Shown here: piece by piece, positions 63,770-64,000 of the stretch
How the letters are laid out: every line of letters starts with the position of its first letter
Position numbering within the stretch: position 1 is the first letter of the stretch
DNA from: the human T2T-CHM13v2.0 reference genome, Homo sapiens
Direction: 5' to 3' (one strand)
Assembly (NCBI RefSeq): GCF_009914755.1
Contig: NC_060931.1
DNA: 64,000 bases
The notes under the pieces: model-generated
Database searches by the model: none
Told to the model about the DNA's origin: nothing
What the model saw: only the letters and a program-made list of their open reading frames with translations
Made by a program: the position numbers and the translations under genes

Positions 63770-64000
63770 GGCTGGGCACAGTGGCTCATGCTTGTAATCC
63801 CACGCTGAAGCAGGAGGATTGCTTGAGGCCAGGATTTCAAGACCAGCCTGGACAACATAGCGAGAAACTATCTCTACAGAAAAAAAAATGTTTTTAATTA
63901 GCCAGGCATTTGATTGTATGCACCTGTAGCCATAGCTACTCGGGAGGCTGAGGCTGGAGGATCACTTGAGCCCAAGAGTTCGAGGTTGCAATAAGCTGTG
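63770..64000 (+). mobile_element. AluJ, cut by window edge
   Basis: ggctgggcacagtggctc...aggaggattgcttgaggccagg...acaacatagcgaga. Confidence 0.88.

Overview
Human/primate non-coding DNA (intergenic or deep intronic) dominated by transposable elements. I recognise no host protein-coding gene, RNA gene or CRISPR array. The long ORFs in the track come from L1, Tigger1 or Alu. Contents: about 30 Alus (J, S and one Y); a full-length but inactivated L1PA4-like LINE-1 (34968-41087) with TSD, YY1 site, ZNF93-type 5'UTR segment and ORF0; two 5'-truncated young L1s; solo LTRs (MLT2A, MER39-like, MER34-like, MST x2, LTR33-like); DNA transposons (near-complete Tigger1, Tigger3, MER45, MER3, MER5, MADE1); and MIR/L2 relics. 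The notable points are structural. An MLT2A LTR sits inside an AluS and carries a perfect 88-bp palindrome with several identical inverted copies around an expanded (TA)n tract. Two further fold-back inverted duplications lie in a MIR and in Tigger1. There is a ~130-bp dispersed local duplication, neighbouring L1s share non-consensus variants, and a strong CTCF motif lies in a CpG-richer unique island. I found no convincing novel biological system. Subfamily names come from remembered consensus motifs and need RepeatMasker/Dfam confirmation.
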